From the NCBI RefSeq assembly GCF_006345805.1, contig NC_043000.1, positions 156,488,001 to 156,552,000 of the forward strand: a stretch of 64,000 bases of DNA. Reading direction: 5' to 3'. The position numbers and the translations under genes were made by a program. Below the pieces are notes generated by a model. That model saw nothing but the letters and a program-made list of their open reading frames with translations. It was not told the DNA's origin and did not search any database. Of this stretch, positions 12,600 through 25,660 are shown in pieces (the first letter of the stretch is position 1; every line of letters starts with the position of its first letter). The DNA comes from Octopus sinensis (taxonomy: Eukaryota).

Positions 12600-13800
12600 A
12601 TACATTGCACCTCGTTAAGAGTGGAGACACAGGGAAAGTGCGCTGGCAGTTTACAACGAAATTGGTTTGCTTCGTGCCATGTTTCTGAAAAACCGGACTC
12701 TACAGTGCGATTGTAAAACTCCAACCGCCATTAACATCGGTGGTGGAGATATTCGAAGTAGAAAAAGTCCCCTGTCACTTGGCATGGGGATCCACTTATT
12801 CATGCAACCCAACCAGTATTGGAAAACGCAGTCGAAGAGAGAAAGGAGGGAATTGGAGCTTTGCAGAATATAGCAGCAGGATTGGATCCGCTAAGGAAAA
12901 TAGATATTCCATTAGGGTTAGAAAGGCAGCAGAATATCGTTACGAAGGAGATTCCCCAGTTTGAAGAGTAAAGTTGAATACAAAAAATGGGGAGCTAGTT
13001 AACAAATCTGCTTATAAATATGGGAGTCAAAAGAGCGAAGGGAACTATAATTGAATACCTTGTAGGAAATGATATTGGTCAGACTTCGATTTCAACTGGA
13101 GGCGATACATGATGTACTTCCATCCGGCATCAATCAATATTAAACGAAATGAATAGAACGAAATTGTGGCTTTCACAGATTTAGGGAGCATGCGACATTG
13201 CAACATCATGCAAATCAAGTAGTACATTGTACTGTGATATGATTATGTGTTCAATGTATACACCAGTACTTTTGGACACTATTGAATTATAGGGAAGGCG
13301 AGTAGCATTGACGATGATGCGTACACTGGTTTTTCATAGGACAGGGTATAAATAACTATAGAGATCACGTGGAGGGAAATCAAGAACAAAACTTCTGCTT
13401 CTTAGGTCGAGTTGCAGAAGGCACTTATGTTCACAACTGAGTTATATTTCAGTAACAGGACAATGTTTGGACTCACTGACGGGTAGGATTTGACACTAAG
13501 ATTGTGGTTATCAAGTCCACTATGCCATGAAGAGGCAATATAGAGGGGATTCGCGAAAGAAATGTTCTGGTATATGAGCCCTTAGGCTGCTCGCATGAAT
13601 TATGAGAATACAGTGTACTATAGTTCCAGTGGAAACTAGTTGCTGTGTATTTATAGCTAGATCCACCATGTCCCATCTGGGTGGCATTTGCTTTGAGAAG
13701 GTTAATGGAATAATTATTGCTAAAAACTGTGGGGGAAGCAAGGAATGCTGCATCCTGGAAATGTCATAGAAATCTGGTAAACAAATCGAAGCTGGTACCA
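12600..13800 (+). mobile_element. Probable Gypsy-type pol relic (RNase H and integrase)
   Basis: Degenerate matches: RESALAV...LQCDCKTPTAI (RNase H EKEALA...TDHKPL), IHDVLPSGI...KLW...SCK (HHCC finger) and DAYTGF (integrase core). Many stops. Confidence 0.45.
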
Positions 13801-14384
13801 AACAAACAGCTGAGCAATTTTAACTGTTTTTGGCATGGAACAGCGACTGCAGGAATTTAAAAAAAGAGTACAAAAAGCAGAAATACTTAGTATCGATTTG
13901 GTCAAACGTACCCGAGCATTTGATGGAATCATCAGTGGTGTTTGGCTTTGGGGGTCAGTACTGCCAAAACAGTAATTTGGGGAATATTATACTTCCATTC
14001 ACGCACGCATGATACACACACAGACTCACTCACTCACTCATTCGCTCACACACACACCATATATACACGGGACTGTGCATGCATTGGTGTATTTCTACAC
14101 ATACTCATGTGAAAGCGTAAACATACATTCTCTTTTCTTTTTCTTTTATTGTTCTCAATCATAAGACTGCAACTAGGCACCACGCGACGACAGTGGCGGC
14201 GGCGGTGGTGACGGGTATCGACTTCAGGAATTTCTACTTGATCCAAGCCATTTCAATACTTATTTCAGCTTGTAACTATTTCATTGATCTAGATTTTTAC
14301 CTGCTGACTAAATTGCAATTTTGACCTTGCAACGCTCTTGTTTTTAAACGGCAAATAAAATACAAATGCGTAAACGCGCACACG

Positions 14385-14426
<42 letters not shown>

Positions 14427-14535
14427 CACACGCACACACACAGACTAATTAAGTGTCTTCTTTCCAATCATTTTTATCGATTTCCTTCTCTTTTACCTTT
14501 TAACTTATTAACACCGCATTATACACGCGTCTGAA

Positions 14536-14930
14536 GGCGGCGAGCTGGCAAAATCGTTAGCACGCCGGGCGAAATGCTTAGCGGTATTTCGCCTGCCGTT
14601 ACGTTCTGAGTTCAAATTCCGCCGTGGTCGACTTTGCCTTTCACCCTTTCGGGGTCGATTAAATAAGTACCAGTTACGCACTGGGGTCGATATAATCGAC
14701 TTAATCCGTTTGTCTGTCCCTGTTTGTCCTCCCTGTGTTTAGCCCCCTGTGGATAGTAAAGAAATAGGTATTTCGTTTGTCTATACCTTCTGAGTTCAAA
14801 TTCCGGCGAGGTCGACTTTGCCTTTCATCCTTTCAGGATCGATAAATTAAGTACCAGTTGCGTACTCGGATCGATCTAATCGACTGGACCCCTTCCCCAA
14901 AATTTCGGGCCTTATGCCTAGAATAGAAGA
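14536..14930 (+). mobile_element. SINE S2 with partial tandem second unit
   Basis: Full S2 unit to about 14770, then a repeat of gagttcaaattcc...aagtaccagtt. Confidence 0.85.
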
Positions 14931-15001
14931 AATTTTATTATTATATATGCGTGTGTTTGTATGTATGCGTATGTGCAAGTGAGTGAGTATGTTATATCTG
15001 A

Positions 15002-15032
<31 letters not shown>

Positions 15033-15060
15033 CTTTATTTAAAGCAGCAGAAAATTCAAC

Positions 15061-15107
15061 AAAACCTGTTACTCTGAGTTTCCCGTTGCCGTTCGTCGGA
15101 CAGTTTT
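15061..15107 (-). ncRNA. Type I HHR variant (CCGACGA core)
   Basis: Minus strand: aaaactgt-CCGACGA-acggcaacgg-GAAAC-tcaga-GTA-acaggtttt. Confidence 0.65.
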
Positions 15108-15194
15108 TGCTAGAATGGAACCGATATGTGAATTCTATCCAGACTAATAGTCTGGATGTCTGGATAGAATTCACATATCGGTTCCATTCTAGCA

Positions 15195-15241
15195 AAAACT
15201 GTCCGGCGAACGGCAACGGGAAACTCAGAGTAACAGGTTTT
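15195..15241 (+). ncRNA. Type I HHR variant (mirror copy, CCGGCGA core)
   Basis: aaaactgt-CCGGCGA-acggcaacgg-GAAAC-tcaga-GTA-acaggtttt. Confidence 0.55.
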
Positions 15242-15839
15242 GTTGAATTTTCTGCTGCTTTAAATAAAGCATATTACTCTACCACTGGTATTTGAGTACT
15301 CTTTTTTCCACCTTGTTTGACATTTATGTGTTTACTCCGGTATATATATATATATATATATATAATGAATATACATGTATGTATAGATAGGCAAATACAT
15401 AGACAGAAGTAAATATAAATGTATACATACACACACAGACACACACACATATACACCCCTATATATGTGTGTGTGTGTGTGTACAGAAAGAGTGAGCATG
15501 CAATATATGCATGTCTGTAACTGTATAGAGAGGAAGACGAGTTGGAGGTTAAGTATGTGTTTGTGAATAAACCTCTCTACGTATGTCTGTGTGAATGCGT
15601 ATACTACGTTTGTGTGTGTGTGTATGTGCGTGTGTGTGTGTGTGTGTTTGTGTGTATGTGCTTCTTTAAAAGACTTCCGCTTTTTTCGTTTCTTATCGTC
15701 TTTTTATTTCCTGTTTCCGTTTTTTTCTGCTCCTCTAACCCTCCCGCCACTCCCATCCTTACCATCGTTCACCGATATTCATGGACTTCATTTCCACTTC
15801 CCCGCCACCCGTTCGACTGTTCCACTGTCATCTTCATCA

Positions 15840-16744
15840 CACACACACACACACCACCCTTTACTTCCAGCAGTCTCTCCACTACCACCACCCCTATTAT
15901 TATCCCTACTACGTACACCCCCTCTCCTTTTCCACCACTAGTACTATTACTAACCGTCGTCAGCAGCACCTCTCGCTATAGTACCAACACCTCTCACCAC
16001 TACCGTCGCCGCCACCATCACCACCACCACCACCACTACCAAAACCACCACTAACATCACCGCCACGACCATCGCTGCTACCACCACCACCACCACCACC
16101 ACCACCACCATCATCACCAACTCTGCCACCATCGCCGCCACCGCCACCGCCGCCGCCACCGCCACCGCCGCCGCCACAACCATCACCACCACCGCCGCCA
16201 CCACCACCGCCACCACCACCACCACCGCCACCATCATCAACAACCCTACCACCATCGCCGCCACCGCCGCCACCACCACCATCACAATGACCATAGTCAC
16301 AGTCTCCTACCATGGACATAACAACTCCATTACAATTGTTAACTTGGCTTGCTCCCCCAAGCTACCATCGATACTACCGCCACCACCACCACCATCACAA
16401 TTAGTAACATCCCTATCACCACTACTACCACTATTCCTTCTGCCGCCACTTCTAGCATCATTATCAATGTAAAGTTTATCCTCTTCTTGCCACCATCAAC
16501 ACTATCACCATCACCATCACAGCAACCATCCCCATCACCACTACCACCAATACACATCACCATCGGAAACATTAACATAACCCCGACGACCATCACACCA
16601 ACATCCACATCCTTACCACCACCACCACCACCACCACGACTACAACCACGACCACCACCTCCACCACCACCACCACTACCACCACCATCACTACTACCGC
16701 CGCCACCACCACGACTAATGCAAACAACCTCATCACTACTAGCT

Positions 16745-16789
<45 letters not shown>

Positions 16790-16793
16790 TTAC

Positions 16794-16828
<35 letters not shown>

Positions 16829-16990
16829 TCAACACCACCAGCAACACCACCACCATCAACACCACCAGCAACACCACCACCATCATCACCACTACCTCCA
16901 TTGCCACCGCCACCACCACCACCACTACCACCACTACTACTACTACAACTAGCGTTGCTACAACCATCATCACTACCACTAGCAGTATCA
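15840..16990. repeat. Compound trinucleotide region (CAC/CGC/TAC/CAT)n
   Basis: Direct inspection. It explains the poly-Pro/Gly/Val/Leu ORFs. Confidence 0.9.
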
Positions 16991-17560
16991 ACGCCGATAC
17001 TCTCATACCAGACCGCAACGCACCACGCTTGCCATTGCCACCCCGGGTACCTACACCCTTCAGTCGTAGTCCCAGACGCCCGCCAACTTTCAAATAACGC
17101 CCCTTTTTTTTCTATTTCTGTACATTCCACATTCCACATACCTACCCCCCCCCATACAAACAACAACAAAAAGAAAGAAAAAAAGAAAGAAAAAAGAACA
17201 GTAAAAAAAAAGAATGAAGGAAAGAAAAGCCTCTTACTTGAAAAAAGAAAGAAAGTACAGAAAAAGAAGAAACAAAAACAATGAAAATGTAAGAACAATA
17301 ATAATAAGAAGAATATTCCTAAAATATGAAAAGATAATTGAAAAGAAAAAAACGGAAGTAAAGAAGTAAAAAAAAAATAGAAAGAAAGAAAAGAAGGAAA
17401 GCAATGGTAGGCATTTGCGACTGTTGCGGAAATAGCATTTTGAGGATTTTGTAGACTGACGCTTGTTGTTAGAAACTGTAGAGGCCCCAAACCCAAACAT
17501 ATGTATTTTCGTTCGGTTATCATTCAAGAAGTTTTTTGAAGTTGAAACAAAACAAGCAAC

Positions 17561-18001
17561 AGGCGCAGGAGTGGTGGCTGTGTGGTAAGTAGCTTGCTAA
17601 CCAACCACATGGTTCCGGGTTCAGTCCCACTGCGTGGCACCTTGGGTAAGTAAGTGTCTTCTACTATAGCTCAGGGCCGACCAGACCAAAGCCTTGTGAG
17701 TGGATTTGGTAGACGGAAACTGAAAGAAGCCTGTCGTATATATGTATATATATATATATATGTATGTGTGTGTATATGTTTGTGTGTCTGTGTTTGTCCC
17801 CCTAGCATTGCTTGACAACCGATGCTGGTGTGTTTATGTCCCCGTTACTTAGCGGTTCGGCAAAAGAGACCGATAGAATAAGTACTGGGCTTACAAAAAG
17901 AATAAGTCCCGGGGTCGAGTTGCTCGATTAAAGGCGGTGCTCCAGCATGGCCGCAGTCAAAATGACTGAAACAAGTAAAGGAGTAAAAGAGTAAAGAGTA
18001 A
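17561..18001 (+). mobile_element. SINE, family S3 (internal TA/TG microsatellite)
   Basis: aggcgcaggagtgg...gtggtaag head, B box ggttcagtccc, and 3' ggcggtgctccagcatggccgcagtc...ctgaaacaag with a (taaaagag)n-like tail. Confidence 0.9.
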
Positions 18002-18794
18002 ACAACACTTGTGGCTGTGTAATCTATTTCTCTATCTGCTACACTATTTTTAGTGCGTCTCTTTTTACCCCTATGCTATCTACTGCTCTCTCTCTCTCTC
18101 CCTCTCTTTCCCTCTTTCTCTCTGTCTCTATCTCTCTTTTTCCCTCTCTTTCTCTCTGTCTTTGTCTCTCTCTCACTCTCTTATTTTCTCTTTCTCTCTC
18201 ACTTTCCCTCTCTCTCACTCTATTTCGCAGTGTGTGTATGTGTTTGTGCAAGACCAAAGTCTTATGAGTAGATGTGGTAGACGGAAACTGAAAGAAGCCG
18301 GATCTTTACCTTTTGACCTACAGATTTAAAAAATAATTTTTTGTAACGAAACACTTTCAAACTTCGGACACTGGTAGAACGTGTCATATAAAACATCTTT
18401 TACTTTTAACATTTCTGAGAAAATTTACGAAGTTATTTCACTCTAAGTTATTTCGGTAATTTCAACCAATCAATGACGTGTATTCAGCTGAATAAAATTA
18501 CTGCTGTTGTTTGTCAACAACTTTCCAAGAAGCCTGTCTTATACCCAATGTAACTCAATCCATCCCCGTCCATCCATTAACTTCTACAATTTTTTTATCG
18601 TGCTCCAGCATGGCCGCAGTCAAATGACTGAAACAAGTAAGAGTAAGAGTAAGAGTAATTATTTGTTTATATTTACAAGTGTTTGCAACTCTTAGTGAAA
18701 AAGATAATAGTAACAGAAAATTGTAGCGATCCTTCAATTCCTAACCAGACGGGCAAAACAACATGACAGCCAAAACTTAGGATCTTATGCGAGA

Positions 18795-18900
18795 TGTACC
18801 CGATGAGACCCAGGCTGCAAAATTGATGCAACACAGCATGTTGAACGGAGTCCCACCCATAAGGAACAGTAGCAGTATGCATCGAAACGACCATTGTACA
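18795..18900 (+). ncRNA. Degenerate type I HHR with long stem II, upstream of Penelope RT
   Basis: tgtac-CCGATGA-ga...(77-nt stem II)...tc-GAAAC-gacc-ATT-gtaca. Stem I is a perfect 5 bp. Confidence 0.55.
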
Positions 18901-19016
18901 AAATAAAGATTAATACCAAATCCATCTTCTTGTTACTTAAGAAATTATTATTATTGTCTCAACTAACACTGTGGTGTTCCTGAAGTAGGTCTAACGGAAA
19001 TATACTCCGACTGCGG

Positions 19017-20533
19017 ATGACACCAGGTAGCCCAAATTTGTGCCGGTGCTCTACTCAACACTTCAACATTCTAATCGACATATACCCATTAGTTCAAAAT
19101 ATTAAATGTGTAAACTATCATCCGTGTTACGGAGGCAGGTGCTATAAATTAGTGTGCCGGGAAGATGGAAAAAATGGTATTAGACGTCTCACTCAAATAC
19201 TAACGGCGCGCAGAACCCGAGTATATTTTGATGGTAAACTGTGGAACCGGTCTGGTAGAGAAGACGCATTCGATATAGCTATGGGATCCTCGGATTCCGC
19301 ACAAGCCACAGACCTAGTCTGTGTTTATATCTTATCCCTGATCCAGTCCTTTCTTCCGGGAATCTGTGGAAATCTATATAGGATGATGCGTTATTCTCCA
19401 TAAACACTCGTAGTAAGGTAGAGCGTCAAAAACACAAAATATATTTATTTAAGTTTTTTAAAAACTTCGGACTCTCAATAATCATAAATGGTGGATACCG
19501 TAGAATAAATTTCTTAGACGCTACTTTTGATTTAGATACTCGACTACACGAAACCTTTCATAAGCCCAATGAGAGCATAAAATACACAAACATTAGATAA
19601 AATCATCTACCATCTATTATTAGGGGACTGATTAAGAACACTTCGGCCAGAATATCTTGATTGTCCGCTAACGAATATATATTCAATAACGCCGCCCTGG
19701 CTGCGGCCGGCTACCGTGCAAAAATCCAATACGCGGGTAGTAGTAATAGCAATAATAACGGTAGTATCAATCCTAATAGCTCAGTGAGTAGTAGTAAGAA
19801 AAATAATAGTAATAACACACTGCTCCGGGAATAACCCCACCAAATACGACACATAAAAGCCCCAGTGACTTTGAAAATACCAACCAAGTAACAATGACCC
19901 GAACAATAACACTAACCAACAGAGTAAAAACAACTTCAACAACTTTACAAACCAACCAACATTTGATAGCCACAACAACTCAAACAACAACACATACTCA
20001 TCCAGAAATAATAAAAATAATAATAGGGTAGCCACGAGCAGGAATATAAATAGAACAGACTGGACTTGTATACACACGCAAACAGAAGAACTGACAATCT
20101 ATGCTCATGCAGGGACCGTTCGAAATGTCCGCTGGCTAACCAATGCAAGACCCGAAATGTAGCGTACAAGTGTACCGTAAATACTAAAAGAGGTCCATAC
20201 GTATATATCGGTGCATCGGCTGATATTTTCAAAATTAGATATAGAAACAAGATCTCCAGTTTTCGAAAAACCCTTAAACGGCACGCAACATCACTGGCCA
20301 ATTTCTTCTGGCGATTCAAGGAAGAGAAAATAAAATACGACCTGACCTGGCCAGTAATTAGACACGCGAGTCCCAACAGCACACTATCCCAGAAATGCCA
20401 GCTATGTTCCGAGAAATCGCTGCCAATATTGTTGACAAAAGAACGGATTACAAATAGATTTGCTGAACGACTGCCAAGATGCAAGAATACAGTCAACCAC
20501 CTGTTCATACAATACAATGCAAACCACACCTAA
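19017..20533 (+). mobile_element. Penelope-like retroelement ORF relic (RT, low-complexity linker, GIY-YIG endonuclease)
   Basis: FDGKLW...FDIAMGSSDSAQATDLV, frameshifted YRDDAL, and NFLDATFDL...KPNE...NHLPSII. ORF 20066-20533 has CSC..CPL..C, VAY...YIG, R, CQLC.EK, N and C, the PLE GIY-YIG pattern. Confidence 0.9.
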
Positions 20534-20672
20534 CCGATACAAACCATAACCCCGGCAACTCAGATTACCCCACACCCGCCGAGTGAAAACCTCATGAATT
20601 GTAATCATCGAGCCTATATCAAGGAAGGACCAGACGAGAACGCTACATGTATTTAGGTATGTTCGTATAGGA

Positions 20673-20891
20673 CAGTGGTTTTCAACCAGGGTTCCGCGGA
20701 ACCTTAGGGTTCCGCCAGTACAGTCCAGGGGTTCCGCAAGAAGTTGCAAAACTGCTAGAATCGGCAGTAATTTTTAATTCTCCTGTGCAGATATGTGTGC
20801 ATAAGACTATTAAATTATTGCACAGGGGTTCCTCGAGCCAGTGGAATGTTTCCTTGGGGTTCCGCTCCAGCAAAAATGTTGAAAAGCACTG
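20673..20891. mobile_element. hAT-type MITE
   Basis: TIRs cagtggttttcaac / gttgaaaagcactg. Perfect 8-bp TSD gtatagga (20665-20672 and 20892-20899). Confidence 0.9.
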
Positions 20892-21149
20892 GTATAGGAC
20901 ACCTTCAGAACCCAATAGTAATTAATTAGAGTATAGGCTTTTCAAAAAGCATAATAGACTGATTTACTAAAGAGACAGGAAATTTGTTGCTCAGACACAG
21001 TTATACTTATATATGTTCCAATATGATATCTTGGGAACGCAACGATGAGCCACTAAAATATGCAAACTTAAAGGTCCTAGAGCATGGCTTCTAAACTGAC
21101 GTAAATGAATTATCTAAAGAGGCAAAAATATGTCTTTCTATATCTTTAC

Positions 21150-21360
21150 ACCTTGTGTGTAGATATTAGATTCGTGGCCACTACACGCATTTTTTTCTCT
21201 CATTGTTTTTTTCTGTGTCCCTTTCTATAGAAGAGCGTAGGCTCGAAACGTAAAAGACACTTTCAATTTCCTGACCATTATACCAATACATCTGTTTGTT
21301 TTATACACCACCAGTCTTCGTCTTTTGCTTTGTTTTTTTTCGTGAACTCTCTTCATATAT
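21150..21360 (+). mobile_element. pLTR module family A with minimal HHR motif (21221-21257)
   Basis: cttt-CTATAGA-agagc-gtag-gctc-GAAAC-GTA-aaag. Confidence 0.65.
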
Positions 21361-21654
21361 GTTCAGATACATAAGCTTACAATACAGTTGTATAATAAAA
21401 ATACTAATAATAATATTTACTAACAAATAGTTACAGCTTGAAAAACTAACGAGGCAGTAGAAATCCATAGGTCTAATCGGGACGCAGGAATGTGTATGCG
21501 TATGTGTGCAAGTATATGTGTGCGTGTGTGCGAGTATAGATGTACGTATACATCTGCGTGTGCGTGTGTGTGTTAGAGTATTGTGCGCATATGCGTACGC
21601 GCATTTATGTGCATGTATGTGGCTCGCACATGCACTTGTCTATGTGTATATATA

Positions 21655-21866
21655 CTCTTTATTCTTTTACTTGTTTCAGTCATTTGACTGCGGCCATGCT
21701 GGAGCACCGCCTTTAATCGAGCAACTCGACCCCAGGACTTATTCTTTTTGTAAGCCCAGTACTTATTCTATCGGTCTGTTTTGCCGAACCGCTAAGTAAC
21801 GGCGACATAAAACACACCAGCATCGGTTGTCAAGCAATGCTAGGGGGGACAAACACAGACACACAA

Positions 21867-21903
<37 letters not shown>

Positions 21904-22075
21904 CATATATACGACAGGCTTCTTTCAGTTTCCGTCTGCCAAATCCACTCACAAGGCATTGGTCGGCCCGGGGCTATAGCAGAAGATACTTGCCCAAGAT
22001 GCCACGCAGGGGGACTGAACCCGGAACCATGTGGTTGGTTAGCAAGCTACTTACCACACAGCCACTCCTACGCTT
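21655..22075 (-). mobile_element. SINE S3
   Basis: Full-length reverse copy of 17561-18001. Confidence 0.9.
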
Positions 22076-22132
22076 ACGTGTGTATATATATGTATATGAG
22101 TGTGTGTGTGCATGTATATATATATATATATC

Positions 22133-22165
<33 letters not shown>

Positions 22166-22879
22166 TACATGTATGTATATGTATTGGTATATGCGTACAC
22201 CCGTGGGTGTGGGTGTGTGTGCGCGTATGGGTATTTATACAAATATATGCATATGTAGGGACGTACGTGTATGTATATTTGTATATGTATCTGTGAGTGT
22301 ATGTATGGAAGTGTGTATGTGTATATATATATATATATGAGTGTAGGGATGTATGATTCACTCTCGGTGATATAGACGTGGAGCGAGTCAGACTCCCTGC
22401 CAGCTGACGACACACTCCTCACGTGGTTATCTTCCATCCATAAATTATACAAACAACGACCGAGATTGACCGTGTGGGTGGCTGGACCAGCACACGTACA
22501 GACATTTACACTCACATACATGCATGTATATGTATGAATGTATGTAGGTATGTATGTGTGTGTGTCTGTCTATCTGTGTGTATGTGTGCGCCTGTGTACA
22601 AATTTGTGTGTTTTGTAAAATATTTCTAAGCCCGAATACCCATAATGACATGCGCATTATCTGTGACTTTCAGATAATAAAGTGATAATAACAGGGAGCC
22701 CTTTCGGGATGGGAGTGTTTCCTGAAAACTGAAAAGGAAGAAGACATTGCCACGGAATAATTTTGAATTTATTCAATAGTACCCAAATTCCTCAAAGACG
22801 GCAATATAAATTATGTGAAGTCTTGTAGTGTTTCAGCCATAATAAGTATAAAAACGAAATAAAGATATACTCTTATATT

Positions 22880-23095
22880 TCTGTTATTTGTTCCAGTCAT
22901 TTGACTGCGGCCATGCTGGAGCACTGCATTTAGTCGAGCAAATCGACCCCAGGACTCATTCTTTGTAAGCCTCGTACTTATTCTATAGGTCTCTTTTACC
23001 GAACCGCTAAGTTATGGGTACGTAAACAAACCAATATCGGTTGTCAAGCGATGGTGAGAGAACAAACGCAAACACATACTACATACATACATACA

Positions 23096-23141
<46 letters not shown>

Positions 23142-23342
23142 ATATATATATATATATAATATATATATATATATATACGACGGGCTTCTTGCAGTTTCTG
23201 TCTATCAAATCCACCCACAAGGCTTTGGTTGGCCCGAGGCTATAGTAGAAGACACTTGCCCAAAATGTCACGTAGTGGGACTGAACCTGGAACCACGTGG
23301 TTGGGAAGCAAGCTACTTACCACACAGCCACTCTTGCGCCTA
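22880..23342 (-). mobile_element. SINE S3
   Basis: Full-length reverse copy. Confidence 0.9.
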
Positions 23343-24011
23343 TATGTATTTGAGAAAGATGGTTTGTGGTTAAAATGTTCGCACTTTTGATGAAGGCGGT
23401 ATATAGTCAAAAAGTTCGCCCCGGACCAGCTAATGCCTTGTGAGTGAATTTGATTAACGGAAACTAGGTGGATTCAATTCTTGTGCAAATATGATGTTCT
23501 AGTGATCTGGTGAATTGGCTTTTTATATTTGCATTGATTTGTGAATATACGGTTGTATTGCTTAACATCGAGCATACATATTTATGCAAACATATAAGCA
23601 TAATTCCTTCCACACTGAAATTATAACTTCATGAAGGCTTTGAGACGGCCGTAATCCTATAGATGTTACGTGGTTAGATAGATATATTCACCTCTCATAC
23701 CTCTTCACATTTTATGGTTTGTATACTCCTCATGAAATGATTTCACCGATCGGATCTTCTGGATTTCAGCTGTATGGACACTCTACATTACACTTCTCTG
23801 TATTGGATTACTAAGTGGACAGAATCCGTAAGAGAAACTTTCTGTGTTAGCCACACGATTCCAGGTGAGAATGCGATCGATAAAGCTGTGGGAACGTGCA
23901 TTTGTAAAATCTCAAAGAGGAGGCCTACGGGACGGTCGGACAAGTTGTTTTAAAATTTGGTTTAAATTAGAAGTGGTGTATTGCTCGTATTCACCCAATA
24001 TTTATTTATTA

Positions 24012-24200
24012 CTAGCAAGCTGGTAGAATCGTTAGCACGCCAAGCAAAAGACTTAGCGGCGTTTCGTTCGTCTTTACGTTCTGAGTTCAAATTCCGCCGA
24101 TGTCGACTTTTCCTGTCATCGTTTGCGGACAGGGGTCGATAAAATAAGTAGCAGTTGGGTACTGGGGTCAATATAATTGGCTAGATCCCTCCCACTAAAT
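24012..24200 (+). mobile_element. SINE S2 (diverged)
   Basis: gctggtagaatcgttagcacgcc...gagttcaaattccgcc. Confidence 0.8.
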
Positions 24201-24425
24201 TTTGAGTCTTGTGACTATAGCAGAATGGATTATTATTATAATTATTATTTGGTGTTGAGCGGGGAAGATCTCGCATTTATCAGAATGAGAACCGCCGAGG
24301 TAATACCCGTTTCTTCTGGTTTATACCCACAACTGAATGAAAATATCAGACAGCAGTTGACCTAATATTACCAGTTCCTTTTCCTTTTAGCAATTATATG
24401 GCGAGAGAGAGAGAGAGAGAGAGAA

Positions 24426-24461
<36 letters not shown>

Positions 24462-24698
24462 GATAGATAGATAGAGAGTGAAAGACCAACCGTAGAGATG
24501 ATGTCTTGTTAAGCGAGAAGAGTTGTGCTTCCGGATTAATGTGACATTAATTAGACACAATTATTTACAATTAATGAAGCAATTTATTAAAGAGTTTTTT
24601 TTTTGGCAGTTTTTCTCTTTTTCATTTTTTAAACACACACACACACATATATTAAATGAAAACATGCATTTATGCATACACACACACACACACACACG

Positions 24699-24736
<38 letters not shown>

Positions 24737-25299
24737 ACACACACACAAACACACATATATAAGTAAGCACACACATTCATACTTCACTAACATTAATTAT
24801 ACTATACCCTCAGGAGCAAGTGTCTTCAAATCGCGCGAGCGCGCGCGTGTGTTGATATCTATTTCTGAAGTACTTATAGAGCGTGATTTACAAATAAATA
24901 ACTGCACCGAGTCATATCCATAAGCATATATTATCGCTGTGATACTTTACAGCAACTAGAAGGACCTCCAGGGCATAACTTCCCACCAACAGTAAATATT
25001 TGAAATGTATCCTTTACATTTCTAATGGATAATTTGAAATTTAAGCTTTACTTTTGAAGCTAAGCCCACAGTTTCAGCCGAGCAGTAAAATAATATATCA
25101 CAAGTTTTATATCTCTAAGGGCAGAGAAAAAGGGATCAGTATGAGTGGTTTCTATTTATCTTAAATCGTGTTTAGAAGAAAAAAAATGTATCTATCTTTT
25201 GGCAACGGAAAAATTAATAGCTCGTAGCTGTTTACTTGCGTATACATGTTATGGCTCAAACTGGTCTGTCTACTTTGAACAACAGCGCCAAAAGAAACA

Positions 25300-25660
25300 G
25301 TATTTTGAACAACAGTGAACAACGTTGCCAAAAAGAAAACTCATTAATATGAAATTCAGTCGAAATGACCTTGTGATAAGAAGACAGTAAATAAAAATCC
25401 CAGAGGCTCCTTCTATAGAATCTTTTGATTCGTCTTGGAGAAAAATCCATTGTGAGAAAAAGGAGTTTAATCAGGATACAGTATAACTAAAAGAACTTTT
25501 TGTTTTATCCATTACACCAATAGTGATTGACGTTCTTCAGACTGTGATGAAAATTATATGGATAAGAAAACACTAGGATGAGAATCGTTTGTCTAAGACT
25601 GGTACGGAAAACTGACCTATTAACGATATCTTGCCAGCCTAAATCAGTGGGATATCAGTG
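25300..25660 (+). mobile_element. Possible R4/Dong-like LINE relic (pre-RT region)
   Basis: IPEAPSIESFDSSWRKIHCEKKEFN and LG*ESFV*DWYGKLT weakly match FW..IW...HN and PG.D....WYKKL. Confidence 0.35.

Larger units (their letters stand above)
15033..15340. mobile_element. Fold-back pLTR-like module, family C (112-bp inverted arms) between (TA)n tracts
   Basis: 15033-15144 and 15158-15269 are reverse complements apart from one substitution seen. The right copy continues to about 15340 into (TA)n. Confidence 0.9.

Noticed and set aside
15542-17523. Long ORFs (311 aa Pro-rich, 394 aa and others)
   Set aside because: They are translations of trinucleotide and A-rich microsatellites, open in several frames, with no domain signal.
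20600-20660. Possible HHR in the PLE 3' region
   Set aside because: The core is unrecognisable (tcaagga, gaac). Only weak stem I similarity remains.
22677-22735. Frame NKVIITGSPFGMGVFPEN* resembling a filamin GSPF motif
   Set aside because: Too short, and no supporting upstream exon was found.
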